A DNA stretch of 64,000 nt from Chitinophagales bacterium (GCA_015487695.1 WFPF01000018.1:29419-93418), one strand, 5' to 3'; shown: positions 50,579 through 61,099, numbered from the stretch's first letter. The notes: a model not told the origin generated them from the sequence alone. Made by a program: numbers and translations.

Positions 50579-51917
50579 TTCCCGTGTAGTTTTGCGGTGT
50601 GATGGCCTTTAGTTCGGCTTTGACGGCATCGCTGACATCCAGCTCGTCAATGAAACGGTGAATGCTTTCCCTGCCGGGTTTGCTGCCTTTCCGGGTGAGT
50701 GCTTTCAAGGCCTCATAGGGCTGCGGGTATCCTTCTCTTCGCAGAATGGTTTGCAGCGCTTCGGCAACGACCATCCAGTTGTTTTCGAGGTCTTCATTTA
50801 TTTTTTTCCGGTTCAGACTCAGTTTTTTCAGACCTTTTTTAAGAGAAGCCATTGCCAGCATGCTGTGGGCGCAGGGCACCCCGATGTTGCGGGTGACGGT
50901 GCTGTCGCTCAGGTCGCGTTGGAGGCGCGAAACCGGCAGCTTGTTGCTCAGAAAGTCGTAAAGGGCATTGGCCAGCAGAAGATTGCCTTCCGCATTCTCG
51001 AAGTCGATGGGATTTACCTTGTGGGGCATGGCCGATGAACCGACTTCATTTTCATTGATCTGCTGCCCGAGGTAATCCATGGAGATATAGGTCCAGACAT
51101 CGCGGGCAAAATCTATAAGTATCACATTGATGCGCCTCATATTGTCAAAAGCAGCGGCAAGTTCATCGTAGTGTTCTATCTGTGTCGTAGTTTGCTGTCG
51201 TTTCAGCCCGAGCTCTTCTTCTACAAATTGATTGGCAAAAGCAGGCCAGTCTGTCTCCGGGAAGGCGGCATAGTGGGCATTGAAATTGCCTGTGGCTCCG
51301 CCAAATTTGGCACTGACGGGCCGCTTGCGGAGCATGTCAAGCTGAATGCGCAGCCGCTCGGCAAATACGGTCATCTCTTTGCCCATTCCGGTAGGCGAAG
51401 CAGGCTGCCCGTGTGTGCGGGCAAGCATGGGCTGGTCTTTCCATTTTTCGGCAAGGCCCTGTAGCTGGCGCAGCAAACCTTCCGTTTCCGGCAGGTAAAG
51501 CTCCTCCAGGAAGTCGCGGAAGGAGAGCGGGATGGCGGTGTTGTTGATATCCTGTGAGGTAAGTCCGAAATGAACCCACTCGCGGCAGGCCCCGAGCCCG
51601 AGAGCTTCGATCTTCTCTTTCACAAAATACTCTACCGCTTTCACATCGTGGTTGATCTTCTTCTCCGTTTCTTTAATTCTGAGCGCATCGCTTTCGTCAA
51701 AGTCTTCATAAATTTTTCGCAGTGCGGCCAGGGTGTCGGCATCCGGCTCTTCGCATCCGCTGATGCCCGCGTTCATGAGGGCAATGAAATAGGCCACTTC
51801 GACCTGCACCCGGTAGCGCATAAGGGCCAGTTCCGAGAAATAAGCTGCCAATGCAGCCGTTTTCTGACGGTAGCGCCCGTCCAGGGGAGAAATTGCGGAA
51901 AGTTCTGTGAGTTTCAT
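50565..51917 (-). CDS. purB: Adenylosuccinate lyase
   Basis: LSAISPLDGRY N-terminus and fumarate-lyase signature SSAMPHKVNP. ATG 51917 preferred over the TTG at 51941. Confidence 0.93.
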   Translation of the reverse strand: MKLTELSAISPLDGRYRQKTAALAAYFSELALMRYRVQVEVAYFIALMNAGISGCEEPDADTLAALRKIYEDFDESDALRIKETEKKINHDVKAVEYFVKEKIEALGLGACREWVHFGLTSQDINNTAIPLSFRDFLEELYLPETEGLLRQLQGLAEKWKDQPMLARTHGQPASPTGMGKEMTVFAERLRIQLDMLRKRPVSAKFGGATGNFNAHYAAFPETDWPAFANQFVEEELGLKRQQTTTQIEHYDELAAAFDNMRRINVILIDFARDVWTYISMDYLGQQINENEVGSSAMPHKVNPIDFENAEGNLLLANALYDFLSNKLPVSRLQRDLSDSTVTRNIGVPCAHSMLAMASLKKGLKKLSLNRKKINEDLENNWMVVAEALQTILRREGYPQPYEALKALTRKGSKPGRESIHRFIDELDVSDAVKAELKAITPQNYTGNALG

Positions 51918-51951
51918 ACTCTTCTCTCTAATTTGCGCCAAATTTAAACAT

Positions 51952-53559
51952 ATGCCCTATTACAAGATAGCGAGATCTTTCTTAATTGTATTGTCCTTTC
52001 TCCTTTGGAAACCCCTCGCTGCCCAAGTGAGCACCAACGTGCAGGCCCTGCAATTCGGGGATGTGCAAAGCGGTGAAAGCGACAGCCTCTGGCTCATCAT
52101 CAGCGGCCCTTCGGAAGGGAAATGGGAGATTGAAAACTTTTTCGGGCCGGTTTTCAGCCTCAGCGATTCGATGGCACCGGCCAACGGCACTGCGCCCGAC
52201 AGCATCCTCGTCTATTTCTCACCCGTACAGAATCTGGAATATCAGGGTGTGCTCGTGATCCGGCATCGCGCCCCTTTTGCTTCGGATGTGCTGGCCGTCA
52301 TTGAGCTGAGCGGCAATGGCCGCCTCAATGATCCCTACTATGCCGCTACCTTTAACCTGAGCGAGGAGGCCCTGAAAGTAAAACTGAAAGACCTCATTGA
52401 CGGACATGTTTCGCTGGGCTACAACTCGGCACGGAATGAGATGTTTATGAAGATTGACAATAAAAAAGTCAACGGACAGGGAGCCTCTCAAAATACGCTG
52501 GAAGGAGTCTATACGGGAAAGCAGGCCGTGGGCTACAGCAGCCGCAGCGATGCGCAAAACCGCTTTAACTTCAATACCGAACACACCTATCCCCAGGGGC
52601 AGTTCAACAAGGCGGAGCCCATGCGCTCCGATTTGCATCACCTTTTCCCTACCAAGGTCTACGCCAACAGCGAGCGCGGCAGCAAGCCCTTTGGTGTGGT
52701 GAAGAGTCCCAGTTGGCAGGAAGGCGGATCAAAATCGAGCAACAGTTTATTTGAGCCACGCGATCAGCAGAAAGGACCCACCGCCCGCGCCATGCTTTAT
52801 TTCCTGGTCCGCTACAAAAACTACAACGGCTATGTTTCGAACAAGGATCAAAAAGTATTGATTGACTGGGCCCGGAATTTTCCACCCACCGCAGCAGACA
52901 AACGCAGGAATAACGACATCTTTAAAGTGCAGAAGAACCGGAATCCCTTTGTTGACCATCCGGAATTTCTGGACCGTATTCACAACTTCATCGGGCTGTC
53001 CGTAGCACCCGAGAATTATTCCTACGGATTGTCTTCCGGGGAATTGCTGCTTCGCGTCTCAGCCGGCAGTTCGCAGCGGCTCTTTGCCCTGGTAAACAAT
53101 GGAAACGTGCCGGTGCAGATCAGCCAGGTAAGCAGCGTGGCCGGTCGTTTGCAGGTAGACAGTTTTGATGCACTGGCGGCCCCCGGAGAGGCAGCCGTTT
53201 TTTATCTCAGCTGGAATCTGAACAGCGCGGTGCTGACTGACACACTGCTTTTAGACCTTGACAACGGGGCCATGCTGGAGATTCCGGTTTCGGTAGTCCT
53301 TGAGCTGGGCATCGGCCGCCCCGAATCTTCAGATATTTCGATCTACCCCGTTCCGGCATCCGATTACCTCGAAGTTCGAAGCAGAAAGCCCCTCGAACGC
53401 TATCTCATTGCAGGAGCTGACGGCCGGCCATTGAGCTCGGGCCTGCTCTCAGGGAAAAATGAGCGGGTATCGGTGAAGGATCTGCCGCAGGGCTTCTATG
53501 TGATACGGCTAAGCGGCAAGGGCTTCTCTTTCAGCCGCCCCCTGATCATTGCCCGTTAG
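51952..53559 (+). CDS. Secreted endonuclease I family nuclease with flanking Ig-like domains and T9SS C-terminal sorting domain
   Basis: Signal peptide. Endonuclease_1 motifs EHTYPQG, DLHHLFPT, NRNPFVDHPE. CTD ISIYPVPASDYLEV...GFYVIRLSG...PLIIAR. Confidence 0.8.
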   Translation: MPYYKIARSFLIVLSFLLWKPLAAQVSTNVQALQFGDVQSGESDSLWLIISGPSEGKWEIENFFGPVFSLSDSMAPANGTAPDSILVYFSPVQNLEYQGVLVIRHRAPFASDVLAVIELSGNGRLNDPYYAATFNLSEEALKVKLKDLIDGHVSLGYNSARNEMFMKIDNKKVNGQGASQNTLEGVYTGKQAVGYSSRSDAQNRFNFNTEHTYPQGQFNKAEPMRSDLHHLFPTKVYANSERGSKPFGVVKSPSWQEGGSKSSNSLFEPRDQQKGPTARAMLYFLVRYKNYNGYVSNKDQKVLIDWARNFPPTAADKRRNNDIFKVQKNRNPFVDHPEFLDRIHNFIGLSVAPENYSYGLSSGELLLRVSAGSSQRLFALVNNGNVPVQISQVSSVAGRLQVDSFDALAAPGEAAVFYLSWNLNSAVLTDTLLLDLDNGAMLEIPVSVVLELGIGRPESSDISIYPVPASDYLEVRSRKPLERYLIAGADGRPLSSGLLSGKNERVSVKDLPQGFYVIRLSGKGFSFSRPLIIAR

Positions 53560-53609
53560 TGACAATTATTTACGGATCAATTGTTTATTTTACGGGGTAA
53601 TTATACACT

Positions 53610-56123
53610 ATGCAGAAAAAACGAATACTCCTTGGCATCGGCATTGCAGCCATTTTCTTCTTTTTTCCCTATCAGAAAGGGAAGGATAAAAGTGTAAAAA
53701 CAGCGGAGAGCGTCAGTGAGAAAGGACCGGCCCATCCGGGATGGATGGCACAATGGAAAGAAATGAAAACCCTGGGAACAGGCCGGGTAGACCGCGAGCT
53801 GATTCGCTCGATCCGGAACGAGCAAAGGATGACCGGCAGGAGGCAAAGCGCTAATCTCTCGGATGTGGCTGAAATAGGCCCGAACAATGTAGGAGGGCGT
53901 ACGAGGGCCCTCCTGGTCGACTGGTCCGACACGAATCACCTGCTTGCCGGTGGTGTCTCGGGCGGATTGTGGCAATCCTTCGACCGCGGAGCCAGCTGGA
54001 CGTCTGTCAATGACTTCGCTTCCAATCTTTCGGTTTCTGATATTACCCAGAGTCCTTTTGATCCGGCAGTTTTTTACTACTGCAGCGGAGAAGCGGCCGG
54101 CAACAGTGCCGGCATCCCGGGTGACGGCATCTACAAGTCGGTGGATAGCGGGCAAAGTTTTGAGCAATTGCCGTCAAGCAGCATAGCGGCATTCGATTAT
54201 TGCTGGAAAATAGCGCATTCGCCCGTGGATTCGAATACGGTCTATGTGGCAACCCGAAACGGAGGGCTTTACCGCACCACAGACGCAGGCGGGCATTTCA
54301 ATCTTCTTTTCAGTGTGGGCGGCCGCGGAATTACCGATGTCGAGTTGTTTCCCGACTCCAGCGTGCTGATCGGAGTGCACAGCATGGGTATTTACTATTC
54401 AGCCAACGGTGACAGCGGCAGCTTTGTCAGGCAGGATACGGGACTTCCCTCATCCGGATTTCGAAGAGTGGAAATGGCCTATTGCGACAGCTTTCCGGAA
54501 GTGGTCTACAGCCTGCTGGAAGGAAGTGACGGGAGCAGTGTTACCGGCCTTTACCGCTCAGATGACGGTGGCATACACTGGGATTCAGTGGGCAATCCCA
54601 TGGAGGGCCTGATCAGTTTTGCTTTTCCGTGGTATTGCATGACGCTTTCCGTCAAACCCGATGATCCGGAATACGTGCTGGCGGGATCTACCGGAATGGG
54701 CTATTCGCTTAATGGAGGAAAATCCTGGGTCAGAGTTGAATACAGCCATGCCGACAACCACGTCTCGGTATTCGATCCGGCCGATCCGGAAACTTTTTAT
54801 GTGGGCAATGATGGCGGGGTGTATCGCTACCATACGAGCAATGCCAAGTTTAAGACCGAAGACCTCAACCACGGCTACAATGTCACTCAGTTCTATGCAG
54901 GTTCGTTCTTTCCCGAAGGAATCGACTTTTACGGAGGCACCCAGGACAACGGCACGCAATCCACGAAAAACGGTGAGCCTGAATTCGATCATATCTTTGG
55001 CGGAGACGGCTCCTTCAACCAGATTAATCAGCAGTTTCCCACGGTGGCTTATGTGAGCTGGCAGAGCGGTCATATTTATGCGACTTACAGTGCGCATCAG
55101 CGCAAGCCCGGATTCTCGAATATCATGAATGAGATGGATGCCGATGGCGACAACAACATTGATGACGGAGCCTGGTTTATCAATCCCTTCGAGAGCAACC
55201 GGGAAGACGGATTTCAGCTTTTCTTCCCCACGCGAAAGCGCCTGTGGATGAGCATTACGGGAGGCAGCAACTGGGTGCCCATTACAAACAATCTGAGCAG
55301 CACAGGCCAGCCCTATGCAGTCGGGGTGAGCAAGAACACTGACCCCACAGTCTATCTCGGAGGCAGCAATGCCATGCTTTTCAGAATAGACAGCGCCTAC
55401 ACGATGACAGGACCCGAGCCTGCTGCCAACCTGAGCGGTACCGTACCGGACAGTGTCAGCAACGATTTCATTGCGTGCATTGCGGTGAGCCCGTCATGGG
55501 ATTCGGTGATTTATGTGGCTTTCAGCAATTATTCTTCGAATCCGAGAATTTACAAGGTGATTTATGCAAATACCGATACGCCTTCGTGGATTTCGCTTCA
55601 GAGCAACCTGCCTGCCGGATTGCCGGTAAACTGGGTCGAAGTGAGTCCCCTGAGCGACTCCGTGCTTGTGCTGGCTACCGATTTTGGGGTCTATACCTCG
55701 TTGGATGCCGGCAGCAGTTGGCAGCTTGAGCCCGATTTGCCCAAAGTGTCCGTCCATCAGATTCGCCTGCGGCACAGCGATGGCAAGCTCTTCATCTTTA
55801 CCCACGGGCGGGGTGCCTTTACCGCCACCATTCCCGGTGATTTTTCGAATCTGCCAAGCGGCCGGGAAGATTTCATATCCGGTGCTTTGCATGATCTGAA
55901 AATATTTCCGAACCCGGCCGGTGCCGAGATCCGTGTGCAAGGCTCCGCGGAAAAGGGAAGCATAAACTACGAGCTGCTCGACCTGAACGGACGCATACTT
56001 TTGAGCGGAATCCTCCCTGATGACGGACGCATCCGTTTGCAGGCACTGGAGACGGGGACTTTCCTTCTCCTGCTTCGTTCCGCTAATCTATCGGTGGGCA
56101 GACGGATTGTTCATATCAGATAA
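53610..56123 (+). CDS. BNR/sortilin-type beta-propeller repeat protein with T9SS C-terminal sorting domain
   Basis: Multiple SxDxGxxW/F repeats (SFDRGASW, SVDSGQSF, TTDAGGHF, SDDGGIHW, SLNGGKSW, SLDAGSSW). CTD LKIFPNPAGAEIRV...GTFLLLLRS...RIVHIR. Confidence 0.8.
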   Translation: MQKKRILLGIGIAAIFFFFPYQKGKDKSVKTAESVSEKGPAHPGWMAQWKEMKTLGTGRVDRELIRSIRNEQRMTGRRQSANLSDVAEIGPNNVGGRTRALLVDWSDTNHLLAGGVSGGLWQSFDRGASWTSVNDFASNLSVSDITQSPFDPAVFYYCSGEAAGNSAGIPGDGIYKSVDSGQSFEQLPSSSIAAFDYCWKIAHSPVDSNTVYVATRNGGLYRTTDAGGHFNLLFSVGGRGITDVELFPDSSVLIGVHSMGIYYSANGDSGSFVRQDTGLPSSGFRRVEMAYCDSFPEVVYSLLEGSDGSSVTGLYRSDDGGIHWDSVGNPMEGLISFAFPWYCMTLSVKPDDPEYVLAGSTGMGYSLNGGKSWVRVEYSHADNHVSVFDPADPETFYVGNDGGVYRYHTSNAKFKTEDLNHGYNVTQFYAGSFFPEGIDFYGGTQDNGTQSTKNGEPEFDHIFGGDGSFNQINQQFPTVAYVSWQSGHIYATYSAHQRKPGFSNIMNEMDADGDNNIDDGAWFINPFESNREDGFQLFFPTRKRLWMSITGGSNWVPITNNLSSTGQPYAVGVSKNTDPTVYLGGSNAMLFRIDSAYTMTGPEPAANLSGTVPDSVSNDFIACIAVSPSWDSVIYVAFSNYSSNPRIYKVIYANTDTPSWISLQSNLPAGLPVNWVEVSPLSDSVLVLATDFGVYTSLDAGSSWQLEPDLPKVSVHQIRLRHSDGKLFIFTHGRGAFTATIPGDFSNLPSGREDFISGALHDLKIFPNPAGAEIRVQGSAEKGSINYELLDLNGRILLSGILPDDGRIRLQALETGTFLLLLRSANLSVGRRIVHIR

Positions 56124-56171
56124 TTAGCTTTGCAGAGTTTCCTCTTTCGATTCACACAGAATTTAAATGTT

Positions 56172-56669
56172 ATGACGATTCGGATTTTTGTGACGGGCGG
56201 TACTTTCGATAAAGAATATGATGAAATCAATGGGCGGCTCTATTTTAAAGACACCCATCTTCCCGAAATCCTGAAACTGGGCCGCTGCAACCTCGATGTG
56301 CAGATTCGCACACTGATGATGATCGACAGCCTTGAGATGAGCGAAATGGATCGCAAAACCATAGCCGACAACTGCGAGAAATGCGAAGTAGACCGCATAT
56401 TGATCACACATGGCACCGATACCATGGTGGAAACAGCCAGGGTGATTGCGGCCCGCAAGATTCCGAAAACCATCATCCTGACGGGAGCGATGATCCCCTA
56501 TAAATTTGGCAGTTCGGATGGCTTCTTTAACCTAGGAGTCGGACTGGCTTTTGTGCAATGTCTTGGCCCGGGCGTCTATGTGGCGATGAACGGTCGCCTC
56601 TTTGACTGGGACAATGTGCGCAAAAACAGGAAAACCGGAATGTTCGAAACCCTGAAGGAGAAGGAGTAA
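56172..56669 (+). CDS. Asparaginase N-terminal-domain-only protein
   Basis: MTIRIFVTGGTFDK (asparaginase TGGT motif), ILITHGTDTM, LTGAMIPY. About 165 aa, lacking the C-terminal asparaginase domain. ATG 56172 chosen. Confidence 0.7.
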   Translation: MTIRIFVTGGTFDKEYDEINGRLYFKDTHLPEILKLGRCNLDVQIRTLMMIDSLEMSEMDRKTIADNCEKCEVDRILITHGTDTMVETARVIAARKIPKTIILTGAMIPYKFGSSDGFFNLGVGLAFVQCLGPGVYVAMNGRLFDWDNVRKNRKTGMFETLKEKE

Positions 56670-56688
56670 GCGGACTTGCAGCCGCGGC

Positions 56689-56721
56689 TCCGGAAAAAGA
56701 GCTTCTTTCCGGAACATTTTT
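56689..56721 (+). terminator. Rho-independent terminator
   Basis: TCCGGAAA / TTTCCGGA 8-bp stem, 9-nt loop, followed by ACATTTTTA. Confidence 0.55.
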
Positions 56722-56847
56722 ATCATTTTACTATTTATCGGGCTGAAGGCACATCCTTTCGGAGTATTCACAAGGATGGAATCCGGCAATTATGCAAGGT
56801 ATTGTTAAAGAGAAAAAATATTTTTTAACCAGATAAAACGATTGGCC

Positions 56848-57324
56848 ATGAGGAAGGAAAACAGGAAGCTATTCATGATTCTTCTGCTTCTGCTGACTTT
56901 TGCCGTGGCATCCTGCGGCAAGCAGAAGACAGCAACGAAGAAAAATGCCAAAGAGACGGCTACGGAATTCATGCAACGAATGACAGAAGGCGATGTGGAA
57001 GGCGCCAAGGCTTTGGCCACCAAAGAGAGCGGCCCGGTGCTGGACAAGATGGCTGCTGCCGAAGAAATGCCACTGGGCGCTGAGTTTACCGTTGAATCGG
57101 TGAGCCAGGGCGACAGCACGGCCGAGGCCATGGTGGTGATAGCCGGTGAGCTGCAGTCACTGCGCCTGATTGAGATGCCGGACGGCTCGTGGCTCGTCTC
57201 CTATGTCGCTGCGGCTCCGGTAGAAATACATGCCGACAGCAGTGCCGCAGTGAATGAGGAAGTGCAGGCTGAAGGAGAAAACGGGACGCAGCCGGAAGAA
57301 GCCGTGAAGACGGAAAATGAATAA
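56848..57324 (+). CDS. Lipoprotein of unknown function (DUF4878-like)
   Basis: MRKENRKLFMILLLLLTFAVASCGKQ lipobox. Small alpha+beta-looking domain followed by an acidic tail. Confidence 0.6.
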   Translation: MRKENRKLFMILLLLLTFAVASCGKQKTATKKNAKETATEFMQRMTEGDVEGAKALATKESGPVLDKMAAAEEMPLGAEFTVESVSQGDSTAEAMVVIAGELQSLRLIEMPDGSWLVSYVAAAPVEIHADSSAAVNEEVQAEGENGTQPEEAVKTENE

Positions 57325-57367
57325 GTCCGGAAAGGGCAGATATGGATGTTTGAGGAGAAAGAAAGGC

Positions 57368-57398
57368 AAAGCGCTATTTTTACGGGTAGCGCTTTTTT
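57368..57398 (+). terminator. Rho-independent terminator
   Basis: Perfect 9-bp stem AAAGCGCTA / TAGCGCTTT, 10-nt loop, T6 run. Confidence 0.7.
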
Positions 57399-57422
57399 AT
57401 CATAATAAACAGAAATAAGAAG

Positions 57423-57770
57423 ATGATCAGGATTTACCACAACCCGAGGTGCGGCAAGAGCCGGGCAGCTCTCAAACTGCTGGAAGAGAGCGGAAAACCC
57501 TTTGAAGTGATCAACTACATGAAAGAACCCCTGAGCAAGGACGAACTGCGGGAGCTTATCGCCCTGCTTGGAATACGAGCAGAAGAGCTCGTGAGAAAGA
57601 AGGAGAGTATTTTCAAAGAGAAGTTCAAAGGGAAAAAACTCAGCGATGAAGAATGGATCGAAGCCATGATTGAGTATCCCAAGCTGATGGAACGTGCGAT
57701 TCTTGTGAATGAAGAAAACGGAAAAGCCGTGGTGGCCCGCCCACCGGAGAGAGTACTCGAAATTCTTTAA
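57423..57770 (+). CDS. ArsC/Spx-family (YffB-like) reductase
   Basis: MIRIYHNPRCGKSRAAL N-terminus with the family's catalytic Cys context. 115 aa. Confidence 0.85.
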   Translation: MIRIYHNPRCGKSRAALKLLEESGKPFEVINYMKEPLSKDELRELIALLGIRAEELVRKKESIFKEKFKGKKLSDEEWIEAMIEYPKLMERAILVNEENGKAVVARPPERVLEIL

Positions 57771-58642
57771 CCCAGATACCGCGTAAAGCGCGCCAGTTCT
57801 TCGGCTTTCTTTTCCAATCCTTTTTTGAGATAGACTTTTTGCAGGGTGCTGAGCAGCAGGGCCATGCTTTGCAAAGGACTCACCGGACTGAAATAGCCCG
57901 GGAGCGCTTCCGTTTCGATAGACTGAAGGTATTTGCGAATCTCCTCCCTGCTGAAAATGAGGCCATTGTTCATCGGATTGATGTAAAAGATCACATCCGA
58001 TCCGGGGACACCGGCTTTAAATTGCGCTTCGTCCTTTTCGCTTTTCAGATAAGCCAGGCAATAGACACTGGGCAATTCGATGCCGTAAACCGGTATTCGC
58101 AGTGAAAGGGCGATGCTCTGATAGAGAATGGCAATGCTGATGGGATTGCCTTTTCGCTGTTCGATCACGCGGCTCATAAAATAACTCCGCGGGTCGGAGA
58201 GTGCACTGTCTTCGCTCCGGAATCCCAGGTCCCTGAAGAAGACATGGTTGAAGATGTTGATCTGCTCGATGCTGCTCACATACTGGCCCATGGCCAGCCA
58301 TACGGCCCTCCGGATGCGATTGAGTTCATTATTTATAAAATGTTCATTGTAGCCCGGATATTTCATTTTAGAGATGATCAGCAGGCCTTCAAGGATGTCG
58401 GGATGCTCTTCTTGGGTCCAGCTTTCGAATTCCTTCAGCGTATCGTTCAGCTGAATATCATGAATGATTTCTTCCAGTTTATTCTGTAGACCGGCAATTC
58501 GGTTCTTTTCCCAGGCTTCGTAGAGCCGTGGCAATACCGGGCTGCCCAGCGAGGTCAGTTTGTTGAAAACATGACGGTGCACCTCCCGGTCGGGATCATC
58601 CAATAGCGATATCAATGCCTCAAACTCGGCTTCGGAGATCAT
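57767..58642 (-). CDS. Transglutaminase-like / SirB1 (YchA)-family protein
   Basis: 291 aa. Overall pattern (N-terminal helical repeat, central ...RKGNPISIAILYQSIALSLRIPVYGIELP... block) resembles the SirB1 N-terminal transglutaminase-like family. Recalled similarity only. Confidence 0.45.
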   Translation of the reverse strand: MISEAEFEALISLLDDPDREVHRHVFNKLTSLGSPVLPRLYEAWEKNRIAGLQNKLEEIIHDIQLNDTLKEFESWTQEEHPDILEGLLIISKMKYPGYNEHFINNELNRIRRAVWLAMGQYVSSIEQINIFNHVFFRDLGFRSEDSALSDPRSYFMSRVIEQRKGNPISIAILYQSIALSLRIPVYGIELPSVYCLAYLKSEKDEAQFKAGVPGSDVIFYINPMNNGLIFSREEIRKYLQSIETEALPGYFSPVSPLQSMALLLSTLQKVYLKKGLEKKAEELARFTRYLG

Positions 58643-58681
58643 TTTCGTGACTTTTTATAAAGATAGGAAGAAGCGGTCCTC

Positions 58682-61033
58682 TTATTTCTTTCGGCCGGCC
58701 GTTCTTTTTCCTCTTTTGCGCGGAGGAGGTGCATTTTCAATCAGGTCCTTCGCTTTTTCAAGCGTGATTTCGGTCGGATTGATGTCTTTCGGTATTTTGA
58801 AGTTTTTGCCCTTGTGCTTGATGTAAGGGCCATAGCGGCCATTCAGTATCTGGATGTCGTCTTCTTCAAAGATGCGAATGGTTTTTTGCTTGTCGGCTTC
58901 CCGCTTGGCTTTGATCACCTCGATGGCCTGCTCCAGGTTGATGTCGAGGGGGTGGATGTCCTTGAGCGAATAAAACTTGCCTTTGTGCCGCAGATAGGGT
59001 CCAAAGCGTCCTTCGGCCGCTACTATTTCTTCATCTTCAAAGCTTCCTATCGTGCGTGGCAACTTGAAAAGCTCCATGGCCTCTTCCAGACTCACGGTCG
59101 GAATTTTCTGGTCGGGGCGCATCTTCGCAAATTTCGGCTTCTCTTCGGAGTCGGTGCTGCCGATCTGAATCATGGGGCCGTATTTCCCCATTTTAGCATA
59201 GACGGGCTTGCCGCTCGCAGGATCTTCTCCCAGCAGCCGTTCGCCCGTTACGCGGCTGGCATTTTCCATCGTATCTTCCACGGCTTTGTGAAAGGGATTG
59301 TAAAATGCTTCGAGCATTTTGCGCCATTCTTTTTTTCCATAGGCAATCTCGTCAAACTCTTTCTCTACGCTTGCCGTAAAACTGTAGTCCATCACATTCT
59401 TGAAGTATTCCTTCAGAAAGTCCGTGACGATCATGCCGAGATCGGTCGGGAACAGCTTGTTCTTTTCGGCACCCGTAATTTCGGTTTCCTGATGTTTTTC
59501 CAGGGCTCCGTTGCTCAGCCTGATCACCCAGAACTTGCGCGGAGTGCCTTCGGTACTGATCTTCTCGACATATCCCCGTTTTTGAATGGTGCTGATGGTC
59601 GGGGCATAGGTGGAAGGTCGCCCGATGCCGAGTTCTTCCAGTTTCTTTACCAGGCTGGCTTCCGTGTAGCGCGGAGGGTGCTTCGTAAATCGCTCGCGGG
59701 CTTCTATCTGTTCGCGCTTCAGTTCCTGACCCTTTTCCACAGGTGGCAATATGCTCAGGTCTTCCTCTTCCACTTCTTCATCTTTCGACTCAAAGTATAC
59801 CTTCAGAAAACCGTCAAACTTGATGACTTCTCCTTTGGCATCGAAATGATAGGGAATGTTGCTTTTGAAACCGGCATTTTGTATATCAATGGTGATGGTC
59901 GTACGCTCCAGTTGGGCATCGGCCATCTGCGAGGCAATGGTACGTTTCCAGATCAGGTCGTAAAGCCGCATTTCATCGTTGCTTCCTTCCACCTGTCGGT
60001 TTTCGGGGAAAGTAGGGCGTATGGCCTCGTGGGCTTCCTGCGCACCGGCTTTCTTGGTTTTATAGTGCCTCGGTTTGGAATATTCCGTACCAAATTCTTT
60101 GCTGATCACTTCCGCGACTTTTTCTATGGCCGTTTCCGAAAGATTTAGTGAATCGGTACGCATGTATGTGATTTTACCGCTTTCGTACAGGCGCTGGGCA
60201 ATCATCATGGTCTTGGCCACGCTGTAGCCCAGCTTGCGGCTGGCCTCTTGTTGCAGGGTCGAAGTGGTAAACGGAGGGGCCGGTGATTTTTTGGCCGGCT
60301 TCACTTTGATGTCGGCAATGCGGAATCCGGCTTCTTTGCATGCGGCTACAAAAGCTTCTGCTTCTTCGAGGGTTTGGAAGCGATGGTTGAGGGTCGCTTT
60401 TAATTTGTATTCCTTGCCGTCTTTGCCCTTCACACTGAACAAGGCACTGACTTTGAATGAAGAGACGGGCACAAAATCCATGATCTCGCGCTCGCGCTCA
60501 ACGATCAGGCGGACGGCCACAGACTGTACCCTCCCGGCAGAGAGGGCCCCTTTCATGCTCATCTTGCGCCAGAGCAGGGGCGACATCTCAAAACCCACGA
60601 GGCGGTCGAGAATTCTGCGTGCCTGCTGTGCCATGACCAGATTCTTGTCAATAAAGCGCGGATTCTCAAGGGCTTTCTCAATGGCATTTTTCGTGATTTC
60701 ATGAAAGACGATGCGTTTCGTCTTTTCCGGATCGAGACCCAGCACTTCGCAAAGGTGCCATGAGATGGCTTCCCCTTCGCGGTCTTCATCTGTGGCGAGC
60801 CACACTTCACCGGCCTTTTCGGCCTCCTTCTTCAGTTGCTTTACCAGTTCCTTCTTGTCATCCGGCACTACATATTCGGGCTCAAAATCTTTTTCTACAT
60901 CCACAGCGGTTTTCCCTGAGGGCAGATCGCGGATGTGCCCGTAGCTGGACACAACCTTGTAATCTTTTCCCAGAAATTTCTCTATGGTTTTTGCTTTGGC
61001 CGGTGATTCTACGATCAGGAGATTTTTTGACAT
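58682..61033 (-). CDS. topA: DNA topoisomerase I
   Basis: TOPRIM LLIVESPAKAKTIEKFLG, active-site ITYMRTDS, C-terminal repeated GR(F/Y)GPY(L/I) modules and a basic tail. ATG 61033 chosen. Confidence 0.95.
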   Translation of the reverse strand: MSKNLLIVESPAKAKTIEKFLGKDYKVVSSYGHIRDLPSGKTAVDVEKDFEPEYVVPDDKKELVKQLKKEAEKAGEVWLATDEDREGEAISWHLCEVLGLDPEKTKRIVFHEITKNAIEKALENPRFIDKNLVMAQQARRILDRLVGFEMSPLLWRKMSMKGALSAGRVQSVAVRLIVEREREIMDFVPVSSFKVSALFSVKGKDGKEYKLKATLNHRFQTLEEAEAFVAACKEAGFRIADIKVKPAKKSPAPPFTTSTLQQEASRKLGYSVAKTMMIAQRLYESGKITYMRTDSLNLSETAIEKVAEVISKEFGTEYSKPRHYKTKKAGAQEAHEAIRPTFPENRQVEGSNDEMRLYDLIWKRTIASQMADAQLERTTITIDIQNAGFKSNIPYHFDAKGEVIKFDGFLKVYFESKDEEVEEEDLSILPPVEKGQELKREQIEARERFTKHPPRYTEASLVKKLEELGIGRPSTYAPTISTIQKRGYVEKISTEGTPRKFWVIRLSNGALEKHQETEITGAEKNKLFPTDLGMIVTDFLKEYFKNVMDYSFTASVEKEFDEIAYGKKEWRKMLEAFYNPFHKAVEDTMENASRVTGERLLGEDPASGKPVYAKMGKYGPMIQIGSTDSEEKPKFAKMRPDQKIPTVSLEEAMELFKLPRTIGSFEDEEIVAAEGRFGPYLRHKGKFYSLKDIHPLDINLEQAIEVIKAKREADKQKTIRIFEEDDIQILNGRYGPYIKHKGKNFKIPKDINPTEITLEKAKDLIENAPPPRKRGKRTAGRKK

Positions 61034-61099
61034 ACTGGTATTGAGCTTAGCTGTTAATTCGGCTGCAAAGTAAATAGATTGAGCCCGCACTTCAAACCC

